Shown: piece by piece, positions 1 through 14,000 of the stretch | Layout of the letters: each line of letters begins with the position of its first letter | How positions within the stretch are numbered: the stretch's first letter is position 1 | Source of the DNA: Ophelia neglecta | Lineage: Eukaryota | Length of the DNA stretch: 64,000 nt | NCBI GenBank assembly: GCA_965285935.1 | Contig: OZ260664.1 | Span: forward strand, 48,050,001-48,114,000 | Reading direction: 5' to 3' | Notes under the pieces: model-generated | What the model saw: only the letters and a program-made list of their open reading frames with translations | Told to the model about the DNA's origin: nothing | Databases searched by the model: none | Position numbers and translations under genes: made by a program

Positions 1-606
1 AGAAACTAAGAAAGTATAAAGTAACTATCAAACATATGTTTAATAATGTTGCTGGTACAAAGCCAGGGATTCTTTTCCGACCCCCATTTAATGATAGGGT
101 AGGTTTTTATCTCTTAGCTTTTTACAAATCATTTAAATATCTGATTGAATTGAGTATCTATTTAATGTCTGGAATTATTTGAAACATATCATTAACACAT
201 CAGTCAAGACAGCTAGGAGTCCAATTAAATGTCCATATAATAGAAATAAAGAATGGCGAGTGGGTATGTTTGAAATATTTCTTTTTAATACAAACTGCTG
301 TGGTCAATTTTCATCTTGGTATAATAAATGGGTTGACAGATGATATTATAACCTTTCACATGAGTGGACAATTGAAAACACATCCATTACCAGTGGCTGG
401 GACAGGATCACAGGTACCTGACACTCAACATACTGTGATATATTAATATACTACCCTGGCCTGGCACCCCGTGGAGCAAATCTTATTACATAGATATCTA
501 TCTACTATCACATGTCATCTAAACATGTGATGGAATGGACAACTGGGCACCAACTAATACTGGTGATAAGGAATCAAGTGGCCACAACAGCAGATTAACA
601 GCTTAC

Positions 607-714
607 TATACATCAATTTGGGTAAATATTTTCTGGCAGAGGAGGGAGTATCAGAAGCTCTCCTATTTCCTGTGTGAGATGGCTGCCAGCCGCCCCACAT
701 GAAAGGCAGTGTAC
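607..714 (-). CDS. Candidate symmetric (phase 1-1) 108-nt coding exon of an unidentified gene running off the left edge
   Basis: tcttctgcag|GT ACA CTG...ATG TAT A|gtaagc; open frame TLPFMWGGWQPSHTGNRRASDTPSSARKYLPKLMY. No family recognised. Confidence 0.35.
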
Positions 715-932
715 CTGCAGAAGATTACTAACTGCTAGGACCACCAGGTACTGAGGATGTAGACCCACTGCAGGAGGTATGGCCAGCAGTGTAAACAACA
801 ACAAGCTAATTACATCTGTAAAATCACAACTCTGATAACATCCACTCAGGAGGAAAGTCAACAAACATAAGAATCACCATGGTACAAATCAAATACCATA
901 ATGCTGAAATATCCAAAAAATCAAACACAAGA

Positions 933-1777
933 GGGGGCGTGCACTCGAAAAGGGTCCGTTTGCAATGTCAGTTCCAACCCTGAAAAACAGCATCAAAGAA
1001 TAATTTTTTTTAAATCATTTGGCCTAAACATTTTTTAACTCAATTAAATATAATTTCTCATTTGCTTCCAGTCTTAATGTGGCACAAGGGCATTAGTCCC
1101 AAGAAACCTGATTTAAGGATAATGAAAGTCACAAATAATAATAATACTTTGTATAAATGTAAGGAGGAAATGGGGATGAAAGCATAACTTACTCCTTTTG
1201 CCCTTTATCCCATTTATTCACTGAATTCAAACTACATTTTCCATATTAATGGGTAAAATGAGTAAATTTAAAGTGGAAAGTAATATTAATCATTCCCCAT
1301 TTTTGGTAAAAAATAATGTTGATTTCAATTTGCAGTGGGACAAAGTTGCTGCCAGAGATGATTTAGAAAAATTCCTGGGGTCAAATGTCAATAATCCCTT
1401 AAATGTAAGCCATATATGCCTCATTTTCAAGAAAAAATAGGCAGATTGTCCTGTTAAAACTTTTATTGTGGGCAAAAAATAAAATAAAGTGGGCAAAAAA
1501 AATATTGTGTCAATCTGCTATGCATGTTTATCATGATAAAAGATGAATATTTGTGTGATGTCCGAAAAACGGTTGCTATAGCAACCATAATAAATCATTT
1601 ACGGCATAATGACACATAAAAATTAACTATTATGCATAAAAGTACCTGATTCCATTGACATGGTGACAAGCTACTAATCCACAATTGCATATTATGACTA
1701 CAAATTATGATCACCTAAGACATTTTGTACAAATGACTACCAAAGCACAATTGGACTCTTTTGGCGTGCACACCCCC
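933..1777. mobile_element. MITE-like element with ~25-bp imperfect TIRs
   Basis: GGGGGCGTGCACTCGAAAAGGGTCC ... GGACTCTTTTGGCGTGCACACCCCC around an AT-rich non-coding interior. Confidence 0.6.
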
Positions 1778-4665
1778 AAGCAACCTTCACACCTCTGTGA
1801 AGTGGGTCTGATCATTTGTCTCAGCAAGTTGTAACAACAGGAAATATGTTTAAATCCTGCTCCATTTTGCAAACAAATTGGCAAGGCAGGTGTGTTCCTG
1901 CCTCAGAGCTCCCCGGACCCAGCCCAGACCTCCAGTCTGCTGCCTACCACTGTCTCAGAGCCCCCCCAGCCCGAGCTTCCAGCCGGCCGCCCACCCTAGT
2001 CTCACAGCCCCCCAGATCAGGCCTCCAGCCTACTCCCTAGCCCTGCTGGACACAAGAGACAGGGCCTGTAGCTCAGCGATGATAGCAGCCTTCAAGAGAT
2101 AAACAGCTCTTTTCTTCAGAAGTGATCTCCTATAAAGACACACGCAGATCTCCTAACTTTGATGAATGTGCAACACAAACAGTGTGCATACTTCCGTGGA
2201 GAGAAGATGAAGGTAAGGGATAACGATTCTCCATCATCACCAGCCACCAGCTACATTTCGGACATTTTCATTCCGAAAAATACAACATAGCTATTTGCTG
2301 TAGCCTTGGGGCAGTGAACAGACAGGTAGCAGAACTACATGTGCTAGAGGAAATAGACCTGTTATATTTTGACACCTCCGGACATATCACCACTTAATCA
2401 CACTTGGAGCTTCTCTGACTTGGTGAATATTTCATAGTGGTTGTTTGGCTGGCAAATATAATATGAACCAAAATATGTTTACAGAATGATGTGTTCTGTT
2501 TCTTCTTGCCTGTTGAAAATTATCACCAGTTGAGCACTTTAGCCGTACGCTTGTCATTTTAACATTAAGTATTTGGTGTTTTTTATCTTCAGTATGCATT
2601 AACTTGATGTCACCACATGCTGGCACTAGCACTTACAAAAGGTAATCTTATACCCAGTGTGTTTCTAAGGGTAAAATTCTTTGTACACGATAAAAAGCTT
2701 CTCAAGAAATCAAGGAGAACAGTTAGAGTGTGCACTTATTGCAAATCCAAACCAAAGCATTTCGCTTATTACAACTCCAAACACATTTCTTGGCTCAGAG
2801 AACTTTTTGAAAAAAATCGGCTTCAGACAATATGGCATTGTGCTGCAATCTATTGGGAAGATGCAGGCTGTTTAAACAACAAAAAAACTGCTCTCTCACT
2901 TAAAAGCCGTTTGGATTTGATCAAGAGCGCAATTGCTCGCCAACAACAGCTATGCGTAGCTTGGTGAATGCATCTTTAAGTTTTTTCTGGAAGCTGGAAG
3001 CCTCCCTCTTTGAAGTGATATATGGATAATATCTGGCATGCAAGAATCAACCTCAGCTCCCCATCTAGAATAACTGTTTATGTAGTAAGCAATATCCAGC
3101 TCATCAACTTTCTCCACTATCATGTGGCCAGGAGATAACACACATGTTAGCATAGTATCAGAATGCACTCAGATGGGATTTCACACCAGGGGTGAAGGGG
3201 TATTTCCACCCAGGGGAGGATCCATGCTGATTAATGGTCATGGTGCCTGAGAAATCACTAATGGTGTTTGTTAAACATGAACTGGGTAAAAGGGAGTTCA
3301 AGTAAGGATAAGTGCATGTCGTTATAATACTTTTATTCAGCATAATATAATGTATATATGTCCATCAAGGATTCAATAAATATTGCACAACATGGCGATT
3401 ATAAGTGGAATAGTTCAGACTTAGAATGGGATGATGAGCAGTTGAAAATTGGTTAAAAATGCAATCATCACTGGAATTTGATTTCACATGACCATCTTCC
3501 ATGATAAAAATATAATTGCTTTTCTGAAATGAATCCAAGCAGGGTTTCAAACTTGCCATCGCCCGAGGTACTGTCAGTGTCGAGACCTAGGACAGACAAA
3601 GTGGGGGCCCTGGCCTAACCTGGGGTGGAGGCTGGTAGAGGTGGCCACTGTCTGCCAGCTCTGATGACAGCACATCTCACATCCAGCTCGCTTTACACTC
3701 AGATTTAATCTCATGCCAGACCTCTATGTTTTTATGCCTTGTCAAAAAATATGTAAACTGAGCAAGGATGAAAGAAGTGGTCAGTTGTAACGATTGCAAG
3801 CTGTCAATCAACCTGGTCAATGTATGTATCTTAAACCGATTGTCCTGACCACCATAATATAGAAGTATGTAAATCTACTGGAAAAAGAAATTCTCCCGAT
3901 TCTACTGACATTGGTTTGAAAACAACTTTATGAGGGTACATACATGTACACTGTATCTCCCTTTGGCTTCTTGGGCCCAGCGGCAATGCAATGGCCCATA
4001 GAGATCTGAGATAGGCCTGCTACATATAACCCTTAGACACAGGTGGAGCAAAGGTAAATTGGATCTGCCTGCCCAGACTCAGTTACTGTCACATTGTAAT
4101 GTAAGATCAATGGAAGCCAAACCTAGTGAAATGGATAGCCCACAATCCTCTCCTAAGCGTTTCCTCGAACCTTTGAAAGCTTTTTATAGTTCAGAGAATT
4201 GTTTATCAGGATAGAACGCACACGTGACCAATCAACCAGATGTTTGGTGTGTGTGTATTTTCATAGATGAGCACAATGCTTATGTATCAGCTAATCTACA
4301 GGAAGTAAATAGCTTAGACTAACAAGTAAAGCACCAGAGTATGGGGCCAAAAAGTCAAAGAATGTTTTAGTTGGCAAACTATTTACCTAAGTATCATTGA
4401 CGTCTGCCATGAGGCTGAGTTAATTAATACTTTTATGTTGGTACCCAAAATAATTAAATTTGTGGATTTATTATGTTTACACAAAGTTTTGTTGCGTCAG
4501 ACCATCTCAATGAACATTCTCTGAGAGGGGAGAGATCAATTCAGGATGACTTCCACTGCAATACTCAGTTTTGTGTCTACGTGTACTTTAAAACACACTG
4601 AGATATACATGTACTTTAAGTATTATTAGCTGCTAACTGCTCAACAGTTGAAACTGCTGTCTCAC

Positions 4666-5003
4666 CAAAGAGATTTCCATTTATAAAGGCAAAGGGCATC
4701 AAGATGATGCCAATCTACGATTATTTTTTCCCTACTGAGACAGGCTGTGTACAAACAGCTCCGACATGATAATTCATATTTGAAAGCTTTCAGCACACGA
4801 TTGCCACTGTAATTCATAAGGTGATAAATTGCGGCAAAACACTGTCTGAGTTTCACAAACTCTCAGACTAATGGCATGGATCAGAGGGGTGCCATAACTG
4901 GAGATCCTTCTAATTTTTGCCAGCCCAGGACTGACAGTTTTGTAGATAAAATGGTTGTAAAAAATACTCAACTATTAGCCTCAAAGATAACTGCTCTCAC
5001 TGC
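4666..5003 (-). other. Candidate exon (5'UTR plus short phase-1 start MPFAFINGNLF) of the unidentified left-hand gene
   Basis: Acceptor ttttgttttctgcag at 5004, donor TTG|gtgaga at 4665. ATG at 4699 gives 11 codons + 1 nt. An upstream donor GAT|gtgagt at 5183 defines a 180-nt intron. Confidence 0.35.
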
Positions 5004-8000
5004 CTGCAGAAAACAAAATTCCAAAATTAATAAGATCTGAACGGGGTGCACATCATCAAATGTTTTCTACTTCTTGAAATATGTCTAACTTCTGTCTGGA
5101 GGTCGGGGGGAAAAACATGTAGAAGTTGAATGAAACAGTTGCTGGTTGAGCTGCAACGCCAGTCCAGCCTCTCTGTCACTCACATCACATTATATTAAAC
5201 CTGATTTCCCTGAGAAATTGCCGGGTAGATTCTATCTGCCATCTGTCCCAAATATGTCTTATAACCAGACAACGTGCAACTGAATCAGCATACAACTCGG
5301 TAAAATGTGAATGGGAGGAGTGTCTCAACACAGGTACTGCTAACTCTGGAATCTGTTGGCTTTTTATCACAGATTTCTTGTCTAAATATCAGCCATCAGT
5401 CTCTGTTTGATTAATCTTTTTGATGCGGTGGAACAACTTAACCCAGAATGAATGATACTCATCAGCTGCAATGTTTTTTGTTTAAGGGATGAAAATAACT
5501 GTACCATGGTATGATTCATAGAAAACTTGGCAACTACTAGATCAAATTCAAGTCAACCATTATGACTGTGATAAACAGGAATCTCAACTGACCCGTGAAA
5601 ACTTATTAAGTGTTGCCAGAAGCAATTATTGTTTATCTGAACAGATAGCAATTTGTTTAGCCTAGCTCCAAGGTTCAAGGTTTTTAAGAAAGTATATAAT
5701 TTTTTTGATTTGCCTGTGGCAGCATTACTTGGGAATTAATCCAAATTCCTGTTCATCACATTACATATTTTTACACCTATAACAACATCACTAAAGATGA
5801 TTATCTGTTTTAGTGAAGAACTTCCCATGCGTCAGGGTATCATACCCACGGGCCTAAGGCTAACAGCTTCATGCTAGAAATAATATTACCAAACTATCTA
5901 TAAACAAACAAGCAACCAACAACTGGAAAAGTTGACTGAAGTTTTAAATTAGAAGTTTTTCCTTCTTCTGTAAGTAAGTTCAGGGCTTTCTGCACATACC
6001 AAGTGATATCCTGATATATCATGTGATATCCTAATATATCAACAGAGGAACTTTATAACTTCATACCATTACAATTTATTCTTAGCTTCCAGTGTGTCTA
6101 TTTCGGAAATGGAAACTATCGATTTTAGGACGAGGGACAAAAATGCAGCAATAACCTTCCTGTTTTCATTGTTTTGCAATTTCAGCAGAACAGCCCATGA
6201 CAGTGACTTATAATTATACTGTAAAAATATTGGCTAGGCTTTTTGAAGAGCCCCGACCTGCCATGTAAACACACACTGAGGTTCCTCTACAGATGTGCTT
6301 ATTAGAACACTGTCACCCGCAAGTCAGACACCTCTGACCAACCCCATGTCATTAGCTATATATTGGACTAGAACTAGCAGACTTTTGACAAGAACTCTCA
6401 CAAAGCCACCCATGTGAGAGTCTCTCACAATCTGCTAAATGCACACCAGCGTTAACCATTACTTGCGCCTCAGTCAGTTCAATTCTTAAGTACATGTCAC
6501 CAGCTAGCCCTGATAATATATCTTGTAGTAAGCAGGCCTACATGCCACATAAATAATATCACAATTAAACTTTTTATCTCACTTGAACATCTAATTAGTA
6601 TTAATTATGGCAATGCACATCTCTGCCCAAGTCTGTCTCTTTTATCTTCATACAACCCAGTTTAATCAAGCATGATTTCTTAAAAAATACAATTTAATTT
6701 GAATAAAACGCATACAGATGCCCTGTTGTGAAATGTCAAAAACTATGAAACATTCTTTTATAAATATCCAGACTATTCATGTTCGCTTAAAGCATCCACA
6801 TTTCAATTCACAAAAACCTCTTCTGAAGTTACAAATTGTGAAAACAACTAGGCATAGTTTGAACAAGTAATATGTCTAGTGAATGTTGAATGCATCAGTT
6901 ACACAAACATTCACAAACATTGCCGTGCTACATGGATACCCTCTACTCTCTACAATAATGTATTTCACACCTACTGCTTCAGAACAATAAAATGTAATGG
7001 TCTTACTTTTTTAGCCTGAGTTGTCAAGTAGTGCAATAATCTTCTCATAATACATCTCAAGAAGCCTGTCCTTTCAGTCAGCGGTCAGTCAGGCATTCTG
7101 ATGTAAATTCATTTCCCTAATCCATTTGCCTTACTCTAATAGCTCTCTCGCTGGCTTCCACTGGCTTCCGCAGGAAAACAAGGAAGGCAAATCATGGGCC
7201 TGACCACCTTAACTCAATTCATGTGGGAGGGAGTTTTTTATATCAACCTACTACTGTGCATTGACTGATGAAGACTGACTCAGTTCTGGTCCCTTCAAGG
7301 GGCGGACCCAAAGCATCATGCTGGGCGCATTGCAGTGACTGAGTGGGTCTGCAGGCAGACTGCAGCGGTCTTCAGGGAGGCAACAATGATACATGGCTGG
7401 TGTGAACCAAGGACCTGGACAGTGGGTAGTTACTTTGTCCCTAGCACTGACAAAATACTAAAATTATAATAAGCGTAAGTCTTAAAACATTTTCCAACCG
7501 ACATGGAATTAATATGCAAATGAATCATAGATATTTAAAATAATTCAAAGGTACAAAGCACTAATATAAGGCAACCTGGCCAGGTATTACATGTTAATAA
7601 TGATGCCATGCAATCATACAATTTGTACAAGGTAAATCTATACTGTGTTAATATGACTAGAATGTGTATTATAATATTACCTGTTGGTCAACAAGCTTTA
7701 TTTTGAAAATAAGAATTAGGTACATTTCCATTTCCCCTGGTGATGCCCCCTTTAATAGCCTGACATGTAATTTCCCCTGCTCTTCCTGTCTTTCCAGATG
7801 CCTACCAGTACCAGACACCCAGAGCTCTCAGCTCAGATTCACCCTAACAGACACACAGACACCTGGTTCAATTACCGATACATTAACTCGCCCTTCTCAT
7901 AATTCCAGTAAAATGCTAAACACCTCTATGTTCCGATAACTCCTGCCAGTGATCGTCCAAAGTTTAGCAAAACTGACGCTGTAGGTAACTCAGGTGTAGT

Positions 8001-11000
8001 CGTTTGGCCAATGATCGATACCCAGATCTTCCCGCTGCGATGGCTGGTATGCTGGAGGTCCTTACCAAGCCATCATTGTTTCCAAAACAAAAAAGTTCGC
8101 CACAGACAACTCAGATAACTAGCTACCAAGGAACTAGGAGAGGGTTTAAACAAATGCATCAAGGCAAATCTTCACAGGCAACATTCACTTGCATGAATTA
8201 TCCGATGTAAAACTGTTCGCAGGTGCCGTCTGGCTAGGAGGCTATAATTAAGATGCAGAACATTTATGGATTCATCTGCCTTGATGTAAGCGTATACAGT
8301 CCTCCCTGTGCTGATTCCTCATGCGACTCATGTTATTAGACCTTCCATCACTAATACAAATGTCAAATGTCAAACAAACATGTACATGTTCATGTACAGA
8401 TATTTTTCTCATGGTTTGTGCAGTTTTACATCAATAACTTGCAATAATTGACTGAACTGTTGGCCTTGTGGTATTTTAATTATGCGATGGGTCAAGAATA
8501 GCCTCCAATCATGGGATTACTGAAGAGTGTCTAGTGGAAAGTCCACTTGAAATTCTTCAATTTCATGACAAGCATTTTCACATGTAACATGGACAGTGCT
8601 AAAAGCTTTCCCTGGCTAGAAGCCGACAAAGAATGCATCGCTTGGGTAAGATTGGATTATACAGTGTAATATGTTGTCACGAGGACTCTCTGTGAAGATG
8701 GAGCCTATGTTGTCAATACTTATTCTGTCATGTACCGTGCAATCATATTGATTGATGAGACTGACTTCCAATACAGACAAAGATAAAGACACTGTTTGCG
8801 TCTGCTATTCTCTGGGCTCTTAACTTGATATACATGTAAATACAATCTACATGTACCTATACATATAAAGTGTGTTCACAAGTGTGAAAATATAGCTTCA
8901 ATTAAAATTGATAGAAAAACAGACCTGCTTGGAGATGTATACAGATTCAGTATGTAGAAATAGCAAACTTGAGAAAGTTAAAAAAACACCTTTTTTTCTG
9001 CACTCAGTGGATGATAAAATATTAATTTACATTTAGATGCCTTTCAATAATATAATATTAGATAAAAATTACATTGAATTACATTGGACTTTGAACCCTG
9101 CGTGGTGTCTAGATGATCAGTTGCTCACTGTTTAATAACAAATACAGCACATAAAGTCTGGAAATCAGTTCTGGCTTTCCTAATTGGCACGAACATCAAA
9201 ATAATGAAGGCGTCTGGTTTTTGCCGCTCAACTTCTCATCTGATTCAGAAAAGATTGAGTTTTGTCAGTCACATTTCATTGAGAAAAACCTTCTGTCAAT
9301 AAGAGGTATGCATTAATGCTAACTAATAAGAAATCATATATTTAGGATAATAGGGCTGGCTATTCAATGTGTCATCCATTATCAGAAGAAAAAATGTTTC
9401 TTACCTTAAGCTTAAGGAGTGGAACATCTCAATAGACAGAAATTCAAGATGCTAATGATAGTGCAGCCCTTATGCCAGACATCAACTATGCCACAATTGT
9501 ACATAGAAAATAGGAAACCCAATCACACCCCAAAAGCAGGACTTTAAATTGATCAGCAAACTGATATCAGGCTTTTATAATAAGAAAAACTCTAAAAGTC
9601 TAATTGGCAAATTTTCCTGATACTGCCCTGTGAAGCTTCTAATTCTACCCATTCCCACCTGTTATGGGTCATTCCCCTTCTCTCCCTCCCCCCCTAACCC
9701 TCCCCCAGCCATACAATTGATATATCACAAATTCTTCTTCTAAAATGGGTCCTTAACAGACTAGCTAGCTTCCATTATCATTATATAAGGCTGTCAGAAT
9801 CGCCCCTCCAGGTGAATAAGTGTGCACCCTTCAACTGGTCAAATATAAAGGAAGGGTAGAAAGATAACAAAAGGTATCCTGACTGTCAAAGATAAGATTC
9901 ATCTGTAGAAATAGACATCATCAATATTGGCTTTGTCTGGTAGATGTGAAGATTCCCCAAAAGCAGAAAGAGAAAAGTTTAGTCTCTCCAGGTAGGTCCT
10001 AATCATGGGACCCAGGGAAACTGTCGCTGTATTGCAATTTAATGTTCACTCTTACAATAAAGCAACACAGATGGAAAAATATTCAAGGTATACTGTATGA
10101 AAGTAAATTACAAAGTGATCTGTTGTTGTCAACAAAGGTATGTGTAGTCTGACCTCTCCTGACAATTAAAGCCTGACAATTCATGTGACTCACAGAACAT
10201 GACAAGTAACCTAACAATAAGGTTGTCTTACCCTAGGGCTAGGGCCACAAACAGTCCTCAGCTTTTAACCCTTGGCATCAAATGGAATAATGATATCATT
10301 GCTCAAATCAAGCTTACACAGACAGCCCTGGGGCACGAGGCGTGGCTGATGGGGTAATGGGGCAGGTACCCCCCAGCAGGGACCCCCGCTGGCAATACAG
10401 GTAAGTGAACAGTGGGTGCCTTTATCAAGGCATTTATGGCTCATTACTTGATGGCTAAAAAAATAAGGTGTGAATTATAACATAAAATATATAGAACTTT
10501 CTCACCACAACTTAGGGACACCTGAAGGACAATAACTATTTAAATATATATCATGGTATGTAAGACTGAAATTTATTAGAGCTTAATTTATAATGCATTG
10601 CATTATATTTCTAAGACTATAAATTTCTGTCACTTACAGAACAATTTATCCAGATAGAAATGAGCACTGCTTCAGTAGATTTATCAGTTCTACGTAAAAT
10701 ATATTTTTAATAAACCTAGACAAATATGGTGCTAGCCTAAGAAGTTAAGCCTAAGAAATCATGTCACATGATCAGGTAGGGTTGCACTGATTTAAAGTAT
10801 CAATCATTTCTTGCTGTAGTATCATAGGTACATCACTGAGTTGTGGTCTAGTCAGAAGATGTACATCATTATAAAACACATGTAAATCTCTATTAGCACA
10901 CGTCCCGGTGAATGGTGGGAAGGAACGTTTCCTTTGTTAGACAAAGCCGTCTGTAATAAGCTTCTAGATCATATTTTACGGGACAGGAAAAGGCAGGAGG

Positions 11001-14000
11001 CTCATTTTAATGAGGCTGGAGCCCGTTGTGCTGTTGCATCAGTGACAAATTTCCTGGAGGTTAGAGGAGCACTGGAAAGAAAAATTCACAACTTGACCTG
11101 TTGTACCATCACCATCTGCTAGGAGATTGAAGGCTTCTGTGGCCAATATTGTACAAAGGCTACTAAAATTACCTAATTGTGCCCAAACTGCATAAGATTC
11201 TGAATATAAATACAGATCACAAGAAAATAAGGCCATGGACTGCAACGTCTGTTTAAAAAACTGTAATGTTAGTAAGCATACTCTTAGGTTCCCATTGTCA
11301 ATAAATAAGATATTTGACACAAACATCTGATGTACCAGTATTTGTATACAATTTAGGAGGAAAGACATTTTCCCAGGTTTCACTTCAGTGACTGAAGTCT
11401 GTTTGGCATTTTTGGATCCTTTTTTTTAAAGAAAACCTCCAAGAATTCATTTCAGTTTACACCAGCCAAATGAACATCTTGCACAGTTGAATTGAGTAAG
11501 TTATAACATTTTCGTAGGCACAAGCCTCTGATATTATATGAAATACTGGTTACTTAGCATTGTTAGCTACCATTTAAAGTTTGATAATATTTTATAGGAC
11601 TTTTACCATGTTCTCACCGGTTAAGCGTATACAATTACTGGACTTATTGGACTTATGTTCTTTATAGTTATAGCCTACAAGAAAATCCTTTAAACATATT
11701 GAATCTATGCTTTACAACCATAGATATTGTCAAAAAGTCATATTTTGCATCTGTATAACCATCTGTACATGCATTGTGGGGACAAATCATTAATGTAAAA
11801 TACAAATTGTGTGCTGATCACTGTGTTCAACCATTTTCACTTTCAAAACTGTCAAAAAAGACTAAAACCTAGGCTTTTGACATTCTCTTCTTAAGGTGTC
11901 CACACATTTTTTTTAATTACACAGTGAAATGTGTTAGATTTTATATAAGGCATGCTGTAAGTCTTTAATTTGGCAGACATAATGTTTGGCAGACCACAAA
12001 ATTAAAGTACCTTGAAATAAGACTTTTACAGTCAGTATGCGCTTGGCACCTTTTTCATTAAGAACTCGATGAATTCACAGTTCTTTTACAATGATGAAAT
12101 TGTGATGTACAGTGATGTCATCATTGGTTTGAGTTTGTTGAACCATAGTGCTAAAACAGCCTTAAGTCATCCAGACTTCCATGTATTTTTCTTTAGTTTT
12201 AAATCCTATTTATAATACCTTTCAACGGTCCCTTTTCTAACCAAGATTTATCTTTCATCAACTAATATATCAGGATGGACATATTGTATGTAAAAGCATT
12301 TCTTGCAACAAATTTTCTTTCAAGATATGTTTCTTTACCAAATTAGAAATACCTGAAGTGCACTTACCAGAAACAAATAGAGAAAAGTCAGGTCACACTA
12401 ATAATGAGATGCTGTCAGTTAGTCTACTGGGCAACTTCAATTATATGAGAGTTAGGCACACAAAAACATACATACATGTAGAGTGTAGACATGACCCTTA
12501 TCATTGAGGTATTCAGAACTCTTCACATAATTCCAAAGATGATATTTCTGGCTTCAAGCAATTTACAAGCAAACATATTGCCCTATCTTTCAATTTCTTT
12601 CATGTCAGTTCATCAGTGTTTTGTGCATATTATACCGAGTATACCATGCCTCCGAAAAATACCTCAAACTCTACATAATACCTGGACTTGAAATGTTCAG
12701 CCTGAGACAGCTTCAGCAGACGGCATGATAAGACAGATCTTGAGGCATCCTTGAGACTACAGACCTAACTTATCATAGTACAAACAACTCCAGGCTAAAA
12801 CACTGTTTAGCAACTCAACATCTCTATTACAATTGCAAACCTATCTGGGAACAGCACTTCAATATTTTCAGATGCCTAAACTATTTAAAGACAAAATTCT
12901 TAGGCCCATGGTTTCAATGCAATTGAAACTCTTACAAAAGTGTATGCAGCTTAATCATCATTTTTATACGTTTGCTATTACATGGACATGTAGATGAGAT
13001 ATACACAAAAATAGTCTGTGAATCAACCCCAGTACATCATTCTTCTAGAGGACACAAGAGAAAAATAAGCCTAAATAAAGCATTTTATATGGCAAGACTT
13101 ACTCAACATGTAGCTTAGCTGCCAAGGTTATAATCATAAGTAAGACCCTAGTGCTATCTATTGAATATTTGATGCAGAACTAGGACATAAAAGACAATAA
13201 AAATGTCACCATAGTCTTCAGCATCCAAACTAAGACTACAGAGCACTGTACACTGATTTGACCACATTACACAAAGCTCTCCGTAAACTGGAGAAGTAAT
13301 GACAATCACATATTGCCAATTTTATCAGCTTAGTTCCAATCAAGAACAATTCCTACCTAAATAATTCGCCAAGCTGAAGAATCATTTGAGCCAACAATAT
13401 CTCCAACTACATTAATGTTGAGGTAAATATTAGAGTAGGCTACTGAGTACACATATTAATTCCTTAATGTACTACAGTATTTCAGATCAATGTAGACACC
13501 ACTGGGCTGTTGACAGAGACAACACTTGCTCAGTACTGATTTGTTTGTATCCTGTTTTCAAGTTGTAACCTCTGCAGCTCTGTTAAATTTACACACAATT
13601 GCCAAGGTTAAGTCAAACATAAATTAAGGCCATGAAATGTGATTTAAAGTTTAAATGCTGCCACAAAGAGTGTTTAATTCATCCTAAAACGCCCAATCAG
13701 GATGTTTTGTTGGCAATCCTTTTAAAAGAAACCAAATAACTGTTAATCAAGCTGGAAGAAAACAAATCTGTCATTGGGGGTGTAGCACGAAATGTAGCAG
13801 CCTACTTCAGAAAACAAAATTATAGACAGCACCCATTGGAACACTTATATAACTTTATAACACCCTTTTAATGTCAAAATCTTATACTAAATCATCCAGC
13901 TGAAGGTAAAGAACATGCCATTAGACTGATTTAATCACAAAACAAAAGACAGTCAAGGAAGCCAACAAACTTGAGACATAATGCATTTTTGTATTTCATA

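Noticed and set aside
2062-2110. GGGCCTGTAGCTCAG resembles a tRNA 5' end
   Set aside because: No T-arm/B-box (GTTCRA) and no acceptor-stem complement downstream.
2617-2967. 116-aa plus-strand ORF and the many other 60-115 aa ORFs in the track
   Set aside because: No recognisable domains. They are consistent with chance ORFs, many use non-ATG starts, and some are antisense shadows or read-throughs of real exons.
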